A stretch of DNA of 64,000 nt from Mobula hypostoma (Eukaryota). The notes beneath the pieces are model-generated. The model saw only the letters and a list, made by a program, of their open reading frames with translations. It searched no databases and had not been told where the DNA came from. Position 1 is the first letter of the stretch, and each line of letters starts with the position of its first letter. Positions 24,416-38,380 of the stretch are shown here, piece after piece. The stretch spans positions 237,586,001-237,650,000 of the forward strand of contig NC_086097.1 in assembly GCF_963921235.1 (NCBI RefSeq), in the 5' to 3' direction. Position numbers and translations under genes: made by a program.

Positions 24416-25269
24416 TTCACATTTACAGTTTCAATTTAATGAAAAAGTTAGTTACAGTGACAGGTGCCTAATGAATATCCATCTATTCTTCACTTGGATG
24501 AAATAAGCAATTTACCTTTAAATATTAGGATTTGATAAACAATGTGCCAAATGGTTCACGCTGTATTATCTCACAGCTTGTTATTCATTCCTTGCAAACA
24601 ACTGATAGCATGAAAAACACACAGAGGCTCTGCATTTGAGTTTGTGGTGGAAAGCACATGCTGACCCTTCCTGTACATCCTAATGGTCTTTCGTTACTGT
24701 GTGAGATTCAACACTGTGACAAAGTACAAAAGTCAAATCTACTGAAAGAAATACCACAGTAGCAATTATAATCATTCACAAGAAGAATTCCACGTAGCCA
24801 ATCAATAGGAGTATTGGTAAAGAAGGCAATACCTCAAAGTGGCACTCAGATCTACGAAGCAAGATTTTCTTGTGCTGATCTCCTGAGGGAATACTGCTCA
24901 ATTAAGCCTTTTTCAAGTTCCAGACAAAATTATTGTGCAATGCTGAAAAGTCATTATCTGAAGGAGGAGAATGCAGCAGTCGGGTGGAGCAACTCTTACC
25001 CATGAGAATACGGACAAAGGTTTGACATGGATGAACAATAAGCAATTATTTTCCTTATTTTCATCCGCTGAGTGTCAAACTGTCAAATCCTTCGATTATA
25101 GCAACAGTCAAAAGATACTAAAACATATTAAAATTAAAAAAAATAAAACGTTTGAAAATTCACACTTAACACCAACTAAAACTAAGCTAAAGTAAATCAG
25201 AATGTGGTAATTGCAGAGCAGACTACTGTGGCCGTTCCTCTCAATAATAAGTATATAATAAGCAAGGAG

Positions 25270-26478
25270 AAACAGCAGATTTTGTATACTTGGATTTTCA
25301 GAGGGCCTTTGACAGGGTGCCACACATGAGGCTGCTTAACAAGCTACGAGCCCATGGTATTACAGGAAAGATTCTAGCATGGATAAAGCAGTGGCTGATT
25401 GGCAGGAAGCAAAGAGTGGGAATAAAAGGAGCCTTTTCTGGTTGGTTACCGGTCACTAGTTGTGTTCCACAGGTTTCTATGTTGGGTCTGACTATTTTTA
25501 TGTAATATGTCAATGATTTGAATGATGGAATTGATACATTTTTGGCAGAGTTTGTAAATGATATGAAGATAGGTGGAGGGGCAGGTGGTTTTGAGGAAAT
25601 AGAGAGGCTACAGAAGGACTTAGTTAGATCAGAAGAGTGGGCAAAGAAGTGGCAGATGGAATACAGTGTTGGGAAGTGTATAGTCATGCACTTTCATAGA
25701 AGAAATGAAAGGGTTGACTATTTACTAAGTGGACAGAAAATACAAAAAAAACTGAGGTGCAGAGAGATGTGGGAGTCCTTGTGCAGGGTTCCTAAAGGCG
25801 AATTAGCAGTTGAATCTGTGGTGAGGAAGGCAAATGCAATGTTAGCATTCATTTCAAGTCTAGAGTATAAAAGCAAAGATGTAATGTTGAGACTTTATGA
25901 AGAACTGGTGAGGCCTCACTCGGAGTATTGTGAGCAGTTTTGGGCCCCTTATCTTAGAAAGGATGTGCTGAAACTGGAGGGGGTTCAAAGGTGGTTCACG
26001 AAAATGATTCCAGGTTTAAACTGCTGTCATATTAAGAGTGTTTGATGGCTCTGGGCCTGCATTCACAGGAATTTAGAATGATGAGTTTGGGACCTAATTG
26101 TAACCTATCAAAGGGTGAAAGGCCTTGATGGAGTGGATGTGGAGAGGATGTTTCATATGATGAGAGAGTCTAACACCAGAGGACACAGCCTCAAAATAGA
26201 GGGGTGACCTTTTAGAGCAGAGATGAAGGGGTATTTCCTTAGCCAGAAGTAGTGAATCTGTGGAATTCATTGCCACAGGCAGCAGTGGAGGCTAGATTTT
26301 TACGTATATTCAAGGCAGAGATCAATGGATTCTTGAGTGTTCAGGGCATGGAGGGATATGGGGGGAAGGCAAGAGATTGGGGCTGAGAGGAATTATAGAT
26401 CAGCCACGATGAAATGGCTAATCCATTATTCCTCTCAGCCCCAGTGGCCTAATTCTGTTCCTATATCTTATGGTCTGA
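25270..26478 (+). mobile_element. CR1 LINE, 5'-truncated
   Basis: DFQRAFDRVPH..., LVRPHSEYCEQFWAP, tail cttatggtc. Confidence 0.9.
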
Positions 26479-26722
26479 TATTCTCATGGTAATTGATTAA
26501 AAATTACCTTACTCCCTGCAGCTATTCATCTCCATTCTAATGAGAGGACACTGTTCTTATACCAAGTTTAAAGCAAAGCAATGGTGGGAGAGATTCTCCT
26601 GTGAAGAATTGGGATATATCCACCACTTTGTGAAGAATACTCCATTCTTGGGCAGTGGTGCTTCTGTACCAGGCTGTGATGAAACCAGCTCGTATCCTCT
26701 CTGCTGTGCCATAGACACTGTT

Positions 26723-27250
26723 TAGAGTCATAGAAAAGAACAGCACAGAAGCAGACTCTTTGGCCATCTAGTTCATACCAAACCATTTCAGCTGACTACT
26801 CCCATCATCTTGCACCAGGACCATAGCCCTCCATACCCCTACCATCCATGTACCTATCTAACCTTGTCTTTAACATTGAAATCGAGCTTTCATGCATCAC
26901 TCGCATTGGCAGCTTGTTTCACACTCTCATGACCCTTGAATGAAGAAGTTTCTCCTCATGTTACCCTTAAACTTTTCACCTTTTACCCTTAACCCATGAC
27001 CGCTAGTTGTAGTCCCACCCAACCTCAGTAGAGAAGCCCTATCTATACCGCTCATAATTTTGTACATCTTTATCAAATCTCCCTCCAATCCTCTACATTC
27101 CAAAGAATAAAGTCCTAACCTATTCAATCTTTCCTTATAACTCAGATCCTCCAGACCCGGAAACATCCTTATAAATCTTTTCTGTACTCTTTCAACCTTA
27201 TTTATATCTTTCCTGTAGGTAGGTGAGCAAAAGTACACACAATACGCCAA
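26723..27250 (-). mobile_element. CR1 LINE 3' end
   Basis: YRKDINKVERVQKRF...GHGLRVKGEKFKG. Confidence 0.85.
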
Positions 27251-27309
27251 ATGTTTATGTCCAACTGCTTTACACCTCCTTCAATTCTCACTGAGGTTGA
27301 AAACCCAAT

Positions 27310-27665
27310 GAGGTGCTGCAGGTCAATGCTAGGCTGGTTGTATTACCCCTGGGATGGATACACCAATGCCCTTGAACACAAAAATCCCAAAGAAGTAGTG
27401 GATATGACGGAGTCCATCACAGGTAAAGCCCTCCACACCATTCAGCATAGCCAGGTGGAGCACTGTCTCAGAAAAGCAGCATCCATCATTAGGGACCTCC
27501 ATCATTCAGGTCATATTCTCTTCTCATTGCTGACATCAGGAAGAAAGTACATGAGCCCCAGGACTCACACCACAGGTTCAAGAAAAGTTACTTCCCTTCA
27601 ACTATCAGGTTCTTGAAACAAAGGGGATAACTTCACTCAACTTCACTTGACCCCTCATTGAAATG
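27310..27665 (+). mobile_element. Rex1/Babar 3' fragment
   Basis: CLRKAASIIRDLHHSGHILFSLLTSGRKY. Confidence 0.75.
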
Positions 27666-27667
27666 TT

Positions 27668-28680
27668 AGAAACATAGAAACATAGGAAACTTACAGCACA
27701 ATACAGGTCCTTCAGCCCACAAAGCTGTGCCAAATATGTCCTTACCTTAGAACTACCTAGGCTTACCCATAGCCCTCTATTTTTCTAAGCTCCATGTATC
27801 CACCCAGGAGTTTCTTAAAAGACCCTATCATTTCCACCTCCACTACTGCCACCAGCAGCCCATTCCACACACTCACCACTCTCTGTGTATAAAAACTTAC
27901 CTCTGACATCTCCTCTGTACCTACTTCCAAGCAGCTTAAAACTATGCCCTCTCATTGTAGCCATTTCAGCCCTGGGGCAAAGCCTCTGACTATCTACATG
28001 ATCAATGCCTCTCATCATCTTATACACCTCTATCAGCTCACCTCTCATCCTCCGTCGCTCCAAGGAGAAAAGGCCGAGTTCACAACCTATTTTCATAAGG
28101 CATGCTCCCCAATCCAGGCAACATCCTTGTAAATCTCCTCTGCACCCTTTCTATGGTTTCCACATCCTTCCTGTAGTGAGGTGACCAGAACTGAGCACAG
28201 TACTCCAAGTGGGGTCTGACCAGGGTCCTATATAGCTGCAACATTACCTCTTGGCTCTTAAACTCAATCCCACGATTGATGAAGGCCAATGCACCATATG
28301 CCTTCTTAACCACAGAGTCAACCTGCGCAGCAGCTTTAAGTGTCCTACGGACTCAGACCCCAAGATCTCTCTGATCCTCCACACTGCCAAGAGTCTTACC
28401 ATTAATGCTATATCCTGTCATCATATTTGACCTACCAAAATGAACCACATCACACTTATCAGGGTTGAATTCTATCTGCCACTTCTCAGCCCAGTTTTGC
28501 ATCCTATCAATCTCCCACTGTAACCTTTGACAGCCCTCCACACTATCCACAGCACCCGCAACCTTTGTGTCATCAGCAAATTTAATAACCCATCCCTCCA
28601 CTTCCTCATTCAGGTCATTTATAAAAATCACAAAGAGTAGGGGTCCCAGAACAGATACCTGAGGCACACCACTGGTCACC
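27668..28680 (-). mobile_element. CR1 LINE, 5'-truncated
   Basis: VTSGVPQVSVLGPLLF...KFADDTK, LVRPHLEYC, (TTTCTATG)n-type tail. Confidence 0.9.
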
Positions 28681-28682
28681 GG

Positions 28683-29281
28683 TGTGACCAAGTTATCAGA
28701 AGATTGATGCCGATAAGAGAGAGACAAATGGGGGAAACATTCAAAATGCTAATAAGAGAGAGACGAGAGAGATCAACGAAAAGGAGACACAGTTCCGAGT
28801 ATTGTCAGAGACCGGTTGCTTTGAACCTGAACTGTTTGAAGTTTGATGGACAGGCGATACCCCAGCAGGGGGATAAAAGGAACAGGTTCGCTAAGGCAAA
28901 GGACACATCACGACACCATGAGATAACGAGACCCTGCAAGTGCGGTGTGCCCCCACAAGTTGGTGTAAGTTTTGGAGGTCTGGTCGCAAGACCAACCATA
29001 GACGCACAGGGTGAGACGGTACGATCGGCGGGAACCTGGTGTGTGTGTTCACCCTTGCCTGGGTGCCGAGTTCACCGCAGAAGAACGATTGTATCCGGAA
29101 CGGAGGGGTCACAGTCGGTGACCTCAGAAGACATTAAAAAGGGCTCGTGCCGAAAGCTAACTGCGAGGAATATCAAAGGTCTGTTGAATCCGATTTGAAT
29201 ATCAGCATTCGCTCTCTCTCTCTCTCTCTCTCCCCAATGGCACGACGGCGATTACTGCGAACTGAAACTGAACTGAACTCT
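28683..29281 (+). mobile_element. Truncated LTR related to 45638-46528
   Basis: Starts TGTGAC. Shares blocks such as ccccagcagggggataaaa and cggaggggtcacagtcggtgacctcaga with the 45638 LTR. Confidence 0.75.
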
Positions 29282-30528
29282 TTACAGACGGCATCGGAAT
29301 TGAACTCCAAACTCTGGTACGACCTGCGCTATAGTAGAGTCATGCTAACTGCTACGCTGCTGTGATACCCATTTCTGGCATTTTCCTTTGTTACTTCATT
29401 GCAGCTAACCTATTTCAACTTGTCTTATTTCTACAACAACAATAAGACAATTGCACAGAACCAAGACTAAAACACAGTAGTGCTGTACAGAAGCCAAAAA
29501 AAGCTGTTGTGTTTAATACTTCATTCAATTTATGGGGATTTTCGATGATCTAGCCAGTTACATCTGGAGTGAGATGAAAGAGTTTAAAAACACAACTAAT
29601 AATATGAAGACACCCCCTGTAATTGTAATAACCCCTACTAAGTAGAAACCATGTATCATTCAAGTGCTTTAATTTTAATTAAACCCTTTTCTTTGACTAT
29701 TTAATTGATGAGGAGCAACAAAATTGTCTATTTGTTCCAATTATTAGGAAGCTTTTCATAACCCACTTAGCACATTCAAAGCGGAATAATCCAGTTGTTA
29801 GCACATTGCTGTTTATTCTCAATGGCCCAAAGTGACATCAAACCTGGACTGATGAGAAAATGCACACTTAGGCTCACTGCACTAACTAGCTGCCCACGAT
29901 TTACTCTAAAATGCCAAGCCCATTCATAAGGCAAATGTAAAAAAGGAGTAGGAAGACGGACTGGATGGTGAAAGCTATTGGTATGATGGAATATGCATTA
30001 CTCTCACACTATGCTGACTAGGATTGATATTGGCCTGTCTTCCTACTCAGGGTTCCTGTTAAGATTTTAGCCTACCAGGCTACATTTCTCTTGTCTTCCA
30101 GAACCATGCCATCATCATCATTATGTGGCGTGTCGTATGAAACAGGTGATTACTGTCTCATAGCCATAATTTTTCTGGGCAAATTTTTCGAGAAGTGGTT
30201 TGTCATTGCTTTCTTCTGGGCAGTGTCTCTGCCATTATCTTCAGAGGTTGTCTGCCTGGCATCAGCGGTTGCGTAACCAGGACTTCTGGTATACATCAGC
30301 AGATCAGGTGACCCTGATCAGGGGACTAAGTAGATACAACACCTTGCCCAAGGGTGACCTGAACCATTTGCGGGTGACCAGAGCAATTGTAACATATTCC
30401 TATATTCCCTAATTTTTCAAAACTGTTTGCAGCACCATTTTAAAATCTTCCATTTGCCTAACTTCCAAAACACCCCTGTGATTAAAGAATTCCAAAGACT
30501 CACCAGAAGAAATTTCCACATAACCCTG

Positions 30529-31209
30529 TGTAGCCCCCCTGGCCAGCCTCAGGGTCGCTCGGCTCGCTGTCGTCTAGGGAAACAGCCTTTGGCCCCGGCA
30601 AACTGGGTAATAGTTTGTGTGGAAGCTGTGTGATGTACCCCACCCCGCCCAAATAACAGACAATACACCAGATACGATTAAATGATTTACAGTTTATAGA
30701 TATTACTGGAACTATATAATTAATAGAGAATAAAATTTAAAAGGAAAATAAAAGGCGCCACACTCATCAAAGTTCAATCTCTTTGTGCACAAACAGTTGG
30801 AGCTCAGGACCCTTTTTCTTCACCCTGCGACCCCTCGGACCACCTCGACCTGCCTCCTGGGACCAACAACGGTGGTCGACCAGACACTCCACATGAGTCC
30901 GTCTCTGTCTCCCCTCCTCGCTGAATGCCCCACTCGGGGTCCGACTCCATCACAGCACCTGGTCCATCCTCTATCTCTCTCTCTCCCGCCTTCTCCCCAA
31001 AAACCCCCATTCGTATTATCACCCGAAAAAACGATACATGAACACCCATTGGCTAATAGCACCCTGCTATCTGTATTAACCCAAGCAAATGTCTAGCTAG
31101 AGACTTTCTCTGCATTTAACATAACAAAGAAGCATTCCCCAGTATAACATAACAAAGAAGCCATTTTAATTAGCCTACAAAGTAACATAAAAGACAAAAC
31201 CCCCTTACA
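30529..31209. mobile_element. Solo LTR with 4-bp TSD (Gypsy-like)
   Basis: TGTA...TACA termini and TSD CCTG at 30525-30528 and 31210-31213. Confidence 0.8.
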
Positions 31210-31234
31210 CCTGTTTAAAATTTTGCTTCATGTA

Positions 31235-31768
31235 CACTCAGTGTCACTCCTGTACCTAATAAAGTGGCCAGTGTGTGTATATTCTGCTGCTGGAGCCCAG
31301 CCTCTTTAAAGTTTGACGTATTGTGCATTCAGAGATGCTCTTCTCCACATCACTGTTGTAACACGTAGTTATTCGAGTTATTGTCACCTTCCTGTCAACT
31401 TGAACCATTCTCCTCTGACCTCTCTCATTAACAAGGTATTTTCGCCCACTGAACTGCAACTTACTGGATTTTTTTTTTGTTTTTCGCACCATTGCACGTA
31501 AACTCCAGAGACTGCTGTGCGTGAAAACCCCATGTGATCAGCTGTTTTTGAGATACTCAAATACTCCATCTGGCACCGACAATTATTCCATGGTCAAAGT
31601 CGCTTCGATCACATCTCTTCCCCATTCTGATGTTTGGTCTGCACAACAACGGAACCTTTTGACCATGTCTGCATGCTTTTAGTCAGTGAGATGCTGTCAC
31701 ATGATTGGGTGATTAGATATTTGCATTATCAAGCAGAAGTACAAGTATAATAAAGTAGCTGCTGAGTG
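31235..31768 (-). mobile_element. Tc1-like deletion derivative with transposase N-terminal HTH remnant
   Basis: TA-flanked CACTCAG... termini. LSISKTADHMGFSRTAVSGVY...GRKYLVNERGQRRM...SISECTIRQTLKR. Confidence 0.85.
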
Positions 31769-31994
31769 TATATTAATTTCTATGTAAATCAAACTTATGA
31801 TAGTGATTGGATTTAGCTATAAAGAAAAGAATATTCAGCATATGAATCAAAATATTCATGAATTTACAGTAAAAGGCCATTCATCCTTTCCTATTGACAG
31901 GCTCTCACAAAGGATAATGCAAGTGAACATTCTGATTACATGATAAAGAATGACTCCAAAGGATGGGATTTTCAGAGGCTTTGAATAGGAAGGA

Positions 31995-31996
<2 letters not shown>

Positions 31997-32035
<39 letters not shown>

Positions 32036-32070
32036 TACATATATATATAGAAAGAGAGAGAGAGAGAGAT
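31997..32070. repeat. (AT)n and (AG)n microsatellite
   Basis: Read directly from the sequence. Confidence 0.95.
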
Positions 32071-32162
32071 AGCATAATTCCAGAAGGGAAGTATGCAATG
32101 ATTGAAACGTTAGCCTTACAGGTCTGATTGAGATGACTGAAAAAGATATTCAAAAATAGATG

Positions 32163-34672
32163 TAGAAACATAGAAAACATAGAAACATAGGAAATCTACA
32201 GCACAGTACAGGCCCATTGATCCACAAAGTTGTGCCAAACATGTCCCTACCTTAGAAATTACTAGGCTTACCCATAACCCTTTATATTTCTAAGTTCCAT
32301 GTACCTATCCAAAAGTCTCTTAAAAGACCCTATCATATCCGCCTCCACCACTGTTGCCGGCAGCCCATTCCACACACTCACCACTCTCTGTGTAAAAAAC
32401 TTACCCCGACACCTCCTCTGTACCAACTCCCCAGCACCTTAAACCTGCGTCCTCTTGTGGCAACCATTTCAGCCCTGGGAAAAAGCCTCTGACTATCCAC
32501 ACAATCATCTTCATTATCTTATACATCCCTCTCATCATCTTATACATCTCTATCAGGTCACCTCTCATCCTCTGTCGATCCAAGGAGAAAAGGCCGAGTT
32601 CACTCAACCTGTTTTCATAAGGCATGCTCTCCAATCCAGGCAACATCCTTGTAAGTCTCCTCTGCACCGTTTCTATGGGTTCCACATCCTTCCTGTAGTA
32701 AGGCGACCAGAACTGAGCACAGTACCCCAAGTAGGGTCTGACCAGGGTCCTATATAGCTGCAACATAGCCTCTCGGCTCCTAACTTCAATTCCACGATTA
32801 ATGAAGGCCAATACCCCATATGCCTTCTTAACCACAGAGTCAACCTGCGCAGCTGCTTTGAGCGTCCGATGGACTCGGACTCCAAGAACCCTTTGATCCT
32901 CCACATTGTCAAGAGTCCTACAATTAATACTATATTCTGCCATCGTATTTGACCTACTGAAATGAACCACTTCACACTTAACTGGGTTGAATTCCATCTG
33001 CCACTTCTCAGTCCAATTTTTGCATCCTATCAATGTACCGCTGACAGCCCTCCACACTATCCACAACACCCCCAACCCCCAACCTTTGTGTCATCAGCAA
33101 ATTTACTAACCCATCCTTCCACTTCCTCATCCAGGTCATTTATAAAAATCACGAAGAGTAAGCGTCCCAGAATAGATCCCTGAGGCACACCACAGGTCAC
33201 CGACCTCCATGCAGAATATGACCCGTCTACAACCACTCTTTGCCTTCTGTGGGCAAGCCAGTTCTGGATCCACAAAGCAAAGTCCCCTTGGATCCCATGC
33301 CTCCTTACTTTCTCAATAAGGGGTACCTTGTCAAATGCCTTGCTGAAATCCATATACACTGTATCTACTGTTCTTCCTTCATCAATGTATTTAGTCACAT
33401 CCTCAAAAATTTCAATCAGGCTCGTAAGGCATGACCTGCCCTTGACAAAGCCATACTGACTATTCCTAATCATATTATAACTCTCCAAATGTTCATAAAT
33501 CCTGCCTCTCAGGATATTCTCCATCAACTTACCAACCACTGAAGTAAGACTCAATGGTCTATAATTTCCTGGGCTATCTCTACTCCCTTTCTTGAATAAA
33601 GGAACATCATCCACAACCCTTCAACCCTCTGGAACTTCTCCCATCTCCATTGATAATTCAAAGATCATCACCAGAGGCTCAGCAATCTCCTCCCTCGCCT
33701 CCCACAGTAGCCTGGGGTACACCTCATCCTGTCCTGGCGACTTATCCAACTTGATGCTTTCCAAAAGCTCCAGTACATCCTCTTTCTTAATATCTACATG
33801 TTCAAGCTTTTCAGTCTGCTGCAAGTTATCACTACAATCACCAAGATCCTTTTCCGTAGTGAATACTAAAGTAAAATATTAATTAAGTACCTCTGCTATT
33901 TCCTCCGGTTCCATACACACTTTCCCACTGTCGCACTGGATAAGTCCTATTCTTTCACGTCTTGTCTTCTTGCTTCTCACATATTTGTAGAATGCTTTGG
34001 GGCTTTCCTTAATCCTGCTCACCAAGGCCTTCTCATGGCCGCTTCTGGCTCTTCTAATTTCCTTTTTAAGCTCCTTCCTGTTGGCCTTGTAATCTTCTAG
34101 ATCTCTAACATTACCTAGCTCTCTGAACCTTTTGTAAGCTTTTTTTTTCTTCTTGACTAGATTTATTACAGCCTTTGTACACCACGGTTCCTGTGCCCTA
34201 CCATAACTTCTCTGTCTCATTGGAACGTACCTGCGCAGAACTCCACACAAATATCTTCTAAACATTTGCCACATTTCTTCCGTACTTTTCCCTGAGAACA
34301 GCTGGTCCCAATCTAAGCTTCCAATTTCCTGCCTGATAGCCTCATAATTCCTCTTACTCCAATTAAACGCTTTTCTAACTTGTCTGTTCCTATCTCTCTC
34401 CAATGCTATCATAAAGGAGAGAGAATTATGATCACTATCCCCAAAATGCTCTCCCACTGAGAGATCTGACACCTGCCCAGGTTCATTTCCCAATACCAAA
34501 TCAAGTACAGTCTTTCCTCTTGTCGGCTTATCAACATACTGTGTCAAGAAGCCTTCCTGAACACACCTAACAAACTTCACCCTACCTAAACCCCTTGCTC
34601 GAGGGAGATGCCAATCGATATTTGGGAAATTAAAATCTCCCACCATGACAACTCTGTTATTATTACGCCTTT
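32163..34672 (-). mobile_element. CR1 LINE (EN C-half, RT, 3' tail), 5'-truncated, few frameshifts
   Basis: Long ORFs with [50 protein letters not shown]. Confidence 0.93.
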
Positions 34673-35174
34673 CGTCGTATGAAGGCTCTAACAGATTTGA
34701 TTTTGAAATTGATTCACTGGTCCTGTGAGAGGCAAACAGTTTATTAGGCAGCAGGGTGATGGTTGTGCAAGTACAAGCAGTGGTGAAATTGTGCCTAATC
34801 CTTTGTCTTTAAAAGAATTCACGTTATTGGTCACATATACATTGATACATACAATGAAATCTGTTATATGTGTCAGCAATCCAAGGATGTGTTGGGGACA
34901 GCCACAAGTGTCACCATACTTCCAGCACCAACACTGCATGCCCAGTTTACTGATCCTGACTAACCCATTCACCTTTGTAACGTGAGAGGAAACTCACACG
35001 GTCACAGAGTCAGAGACTGACACAGCACGGAAGCAGGACTTTTGCCCCAACCAATCAGATACATGACCCACGAAAGCAATAACTAAGATCCATGGCACAG
35101 ATTAGTCAAGTATTCTGGAGTCATGGAAAAATACAGCACAGAAACAGGCCTTTTTTGCCCATCTGATTCATGCT

Positions 35175-35631
35175 CTTTTCTTTTAAAACGAGGATTTTCA
35201 TAGCAGTCATAGAGTTCATTCTCACGTACGGATGCGAGATGTGGACGCTCACCAAGGCGATGCTGAAGTCTCTAGATGGTTGCTATACACGAATGCTCCG
35301 GATGGCTCTTGGTGTGAGTTGGCAACAGCACATGACGAACGTTGAGCTCTATAACAACCTACCGATGCTCACCACTAAAATCGAGGCGAGAAGACTGCAA
35401 CTAGCGGGGCACTGTCTACGTCACCCCGAGCTAGTCATCATATGGGATTCCAAGCACGGGAGGATGAACCCTGGGCACCCTCCCAAGACGATGGTCAACA
35501 CGCTCCTAGAAGACAGCGACGCGGCTAATGTAGATGAACTGAACACACTGATGAAGGAGAGGGAGAAGTGGAGAGTCGGTCATCGTGCCCGACGCCGGTC
35601 CCCTAGACCTGTTGATGTAGTAGTAGTAGTA
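35175..35631 (+). mobile_element. RTE-clade LINE 3' fragment with 9-bp TSD, inserted in a CR1 tail
   Basis: Open frame ILTYGCEMWTLTK...LDGCYTRMLR...RRLQLAGHCLR...REKWR, (GTA)n tail, TSD ATTCATGCT (35166-35174, 35632-35640). Confidence 0.85.
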
Positions 35632-36499
35632 ATTCATGCTGAACCATTTAAGCAGCCTACTGTCATCGACCTACACTGGGAACACGGCCCACCATACTCG
35701 TACATTCATGTAACTGTTCAAACGTCTCTTAAATATTGAAATCAAACTTGCATGCGCCACTTGTGCTGGCAACTCCTTCCACACTCTCACAACCCTCCAA
35801 GTGAAGACGTTTCTCCTCATGCACCCCTTAAACCTTCCTCTGTCAAGGTCACAATTATCCCCTGACATCTTAAATCACTATGTGATTTAAGTTTTAACAG
35901 TTGGTCACTGTAACAAGAAGTCCGTTGTTTACAAGGATAGACAACTTTGTTTAAAATTAATTCAACGCAGTGCCCTAAGACAACACTTTAACAAGGGAAA
36001 AGTTAAAAAAACACATTTTGTGTGTCACATCCCAGTTGTGAATAAATATTCTGATATTTGTATTTTCCAGTGAGATTGAAAGTTCAGGGAATGATCAGAC
36101 TGAGCTGACACACCAGCACTCAAATAAGAAACGCGTGATGTGAAATCGATGCGGGATCACTGTTCAGCTCAAAGTAAAAGACGTTGTGCAGCGCTAACAA
36201 TCAAATAAGAAATTCCCTTCTGAAAGTGCTAATCCATGTGAGATACAGAAAAATACACTCCTCCGTAGATCCTACGATATTGGTTTGCTCTAAAGTTTGG
36301 TTTTATTCCGAGGTAGCAAAGCCCAATTTGACAGCAGGCCACTGCATAGGAATTTGATATCTTACTGGTGTACCGGTGAAAATAGGTTAATAAATATACT
36401 GTCCTTTATACTGTATTGTATGTGTAGTTGCTAAAATAAACATATTGGAACAATAAAATATACTATGGACTAATGACAATGATGCAAAATGTAAATAGT

Positions 36500-36780
36500 A
36501 AGACCATATGTCCATGAGATATAGGAGCAGAATTAGGCCATTCAGTCCATTGAGTCTCTTCTGCCATTCCATCATGGTAGATTTACCATCCTTGTTGACC
36601 ACGTTTTGCAAGCCTCTTTCCATAACCTTTGACATCCTTAATGATCAAGAACTTATCAACGTCCACGACGATTTGGCCTCCATAGCTATCTGAGACAATG
36701 AATTCCACAGATTCACCACCCTTTGGCTGAAGAAATTCTGCCTCATCTACGTTCTAAAGGGAGGTCCTTCTATTCTGAAG
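36500..36780 (-). mobile_element. CR1 3' end
   Basis: taggagcagaattaggccattcag... tail region. Confidence 0.7.
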
Positions 36781-36782
36781 CT

Positions 36783-37730
36783 GTCAAGTTTGCCGATGAC
36801 ACGGCAGTGAGGGTGCTCACCACTAACCACAATGAGACGGCCTACGGAGAGGAGATTGAAGAGCTCGAGGCCTAGTGTCAGGAAAATAACCTCTTTCTCA
36901 ATGTCAACAAGACAAAGGAGACGGTTATCGACTCCAAGAGAACTCATACCACTCACACCCCAACCTTACATCGGCAGGATGGCAATGGAAGTTGTGAGCA
37001 GTTTCAAACTCTTGGGAGTGCACATCTCACACAACTTCTCATAGTCCAGAAACATACTCTACACAATCAGGAAAGCTCACAAATGCCTCTACTTTCTGAG
37101 GAGGCTGAGAGAGCTGGGCTATGTACATCTTTACTCATCGTTCAATCGGTATGCAGTAGAGAGAATCCTAACAAGCTGCATAACTGCATGGTAGGGAAAC
37201 TGCATTGCATAGGTAGGCTCTACTATAGGTAGTCAAAACTATCCAGTGCATCACTGGTACCAGCCTATCCGCCATTAAGAATGTATATTCAGAAATACAT
37301 ATGTCCTGTCTGCTGCAGTGACAGAAAAGGGCTAGTACCGTCATGAAGGATACCACCCATTCTGCTCATAGGCTATTTGTTCCATGCCCATCAGGGAGAA
37401 AGGCTGTGTAGCATCCAACCCAGGACCACCAGACTCAAAAACAGTTACTTTCCCCAAGCAGTGAGGCTGATCAACTCCTCCACCCACTAATCCACCCCAC
37501 CACTATCATTTTACCATTTCCTGTCACAGTCATCTTATGTACACTCCTGTGTTTAGTGTCACTTTATGGACATAAAATCAATCTATGTATATAAGCTATC
37601 GTATATATCTACATTTATTGAGTTATTTATCTTATTGTGTTTTTTTTTGGTGCTGCATCAGACCCAGAGTAACAATTACTTCAGTTTCCTTTACGCTTTG
37701 GTACTGGAAGTGGTATCAAACTCTTGAATC
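36783..37730 (+). mobile_element. Rex1/Babar LINE, degenerate
   Basis: KFADDT at 36787 and EVVSSFKLLGVHISHN. Confidence 0.8.
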
Positions 37731-37745
37731 CATCATAGATTGAGC

Positions 37746-37884
37746 TTGTACATCCATGTAACTGTTCAAACTTCTCTTAAATATTGAAATCAAACTTGCA
37801 TGCGCCACTTGTGCTGGCAACTCCTTCCACACTCTCACAACCCTCCAAGTGAAGAAGTTTTTCCTCATGCACCCCTTAAACCTT
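37746..37884. repeat. Locally templated 139-bp insertion (copy of 35698-35836) with 13-bp TSD
   Basis: TCATAGATTGAGC at 37733-37745 and 37885-37897. About 5 mismatches to the copy 2 kb upstream. Confidence 0.8.
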
Positions 37885-38380
37885 TCATAGATTGAGCACA
37901 CCAACATGAAGCATTCTCGTTGGAAAGCAGCATCCATCATCAGGAACCTCACCACCCAGGTCATGCTCTCTTCTTGCTGTTGCCATCAAAAATACTCACA
38001 CCACCACCAGATTGAGGAACAGTTATTACCCCTCAGCCATCAGGCTCCTGAATTAGAGGGGATAACTTCACTCAACATCACTTGCCCCATTACTGAACCA
38101 CTCCCATAGCTTATGGATTCATTTTCAAGATCTCTTCATTTCATGTTCTTGATATTTATTGTCTATTTTTTTTTATCATTATTTCTTCCTTTTTGTATTT
38201 GCACAGGTTGTTGGTCTTTTGCACATTGGTTGAACACATGTTGGTGCAGTCTTTCATTGATTCTATTATAGTTATTATCCTATTATGGATTTATTGAATA
38301 TGCCCACAAGGAACTTCATCCCAGGGTTGTGTATGGTGACATATATGTACTTTGATAAAAGATTTACTTTGAACTTTGAA
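37885..38380 (+). mobile_element. Rex1/Babar 3' end
   Basis: KAASIIR motif and tail tttactttgaactttgaa. Confidence 0.7.
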
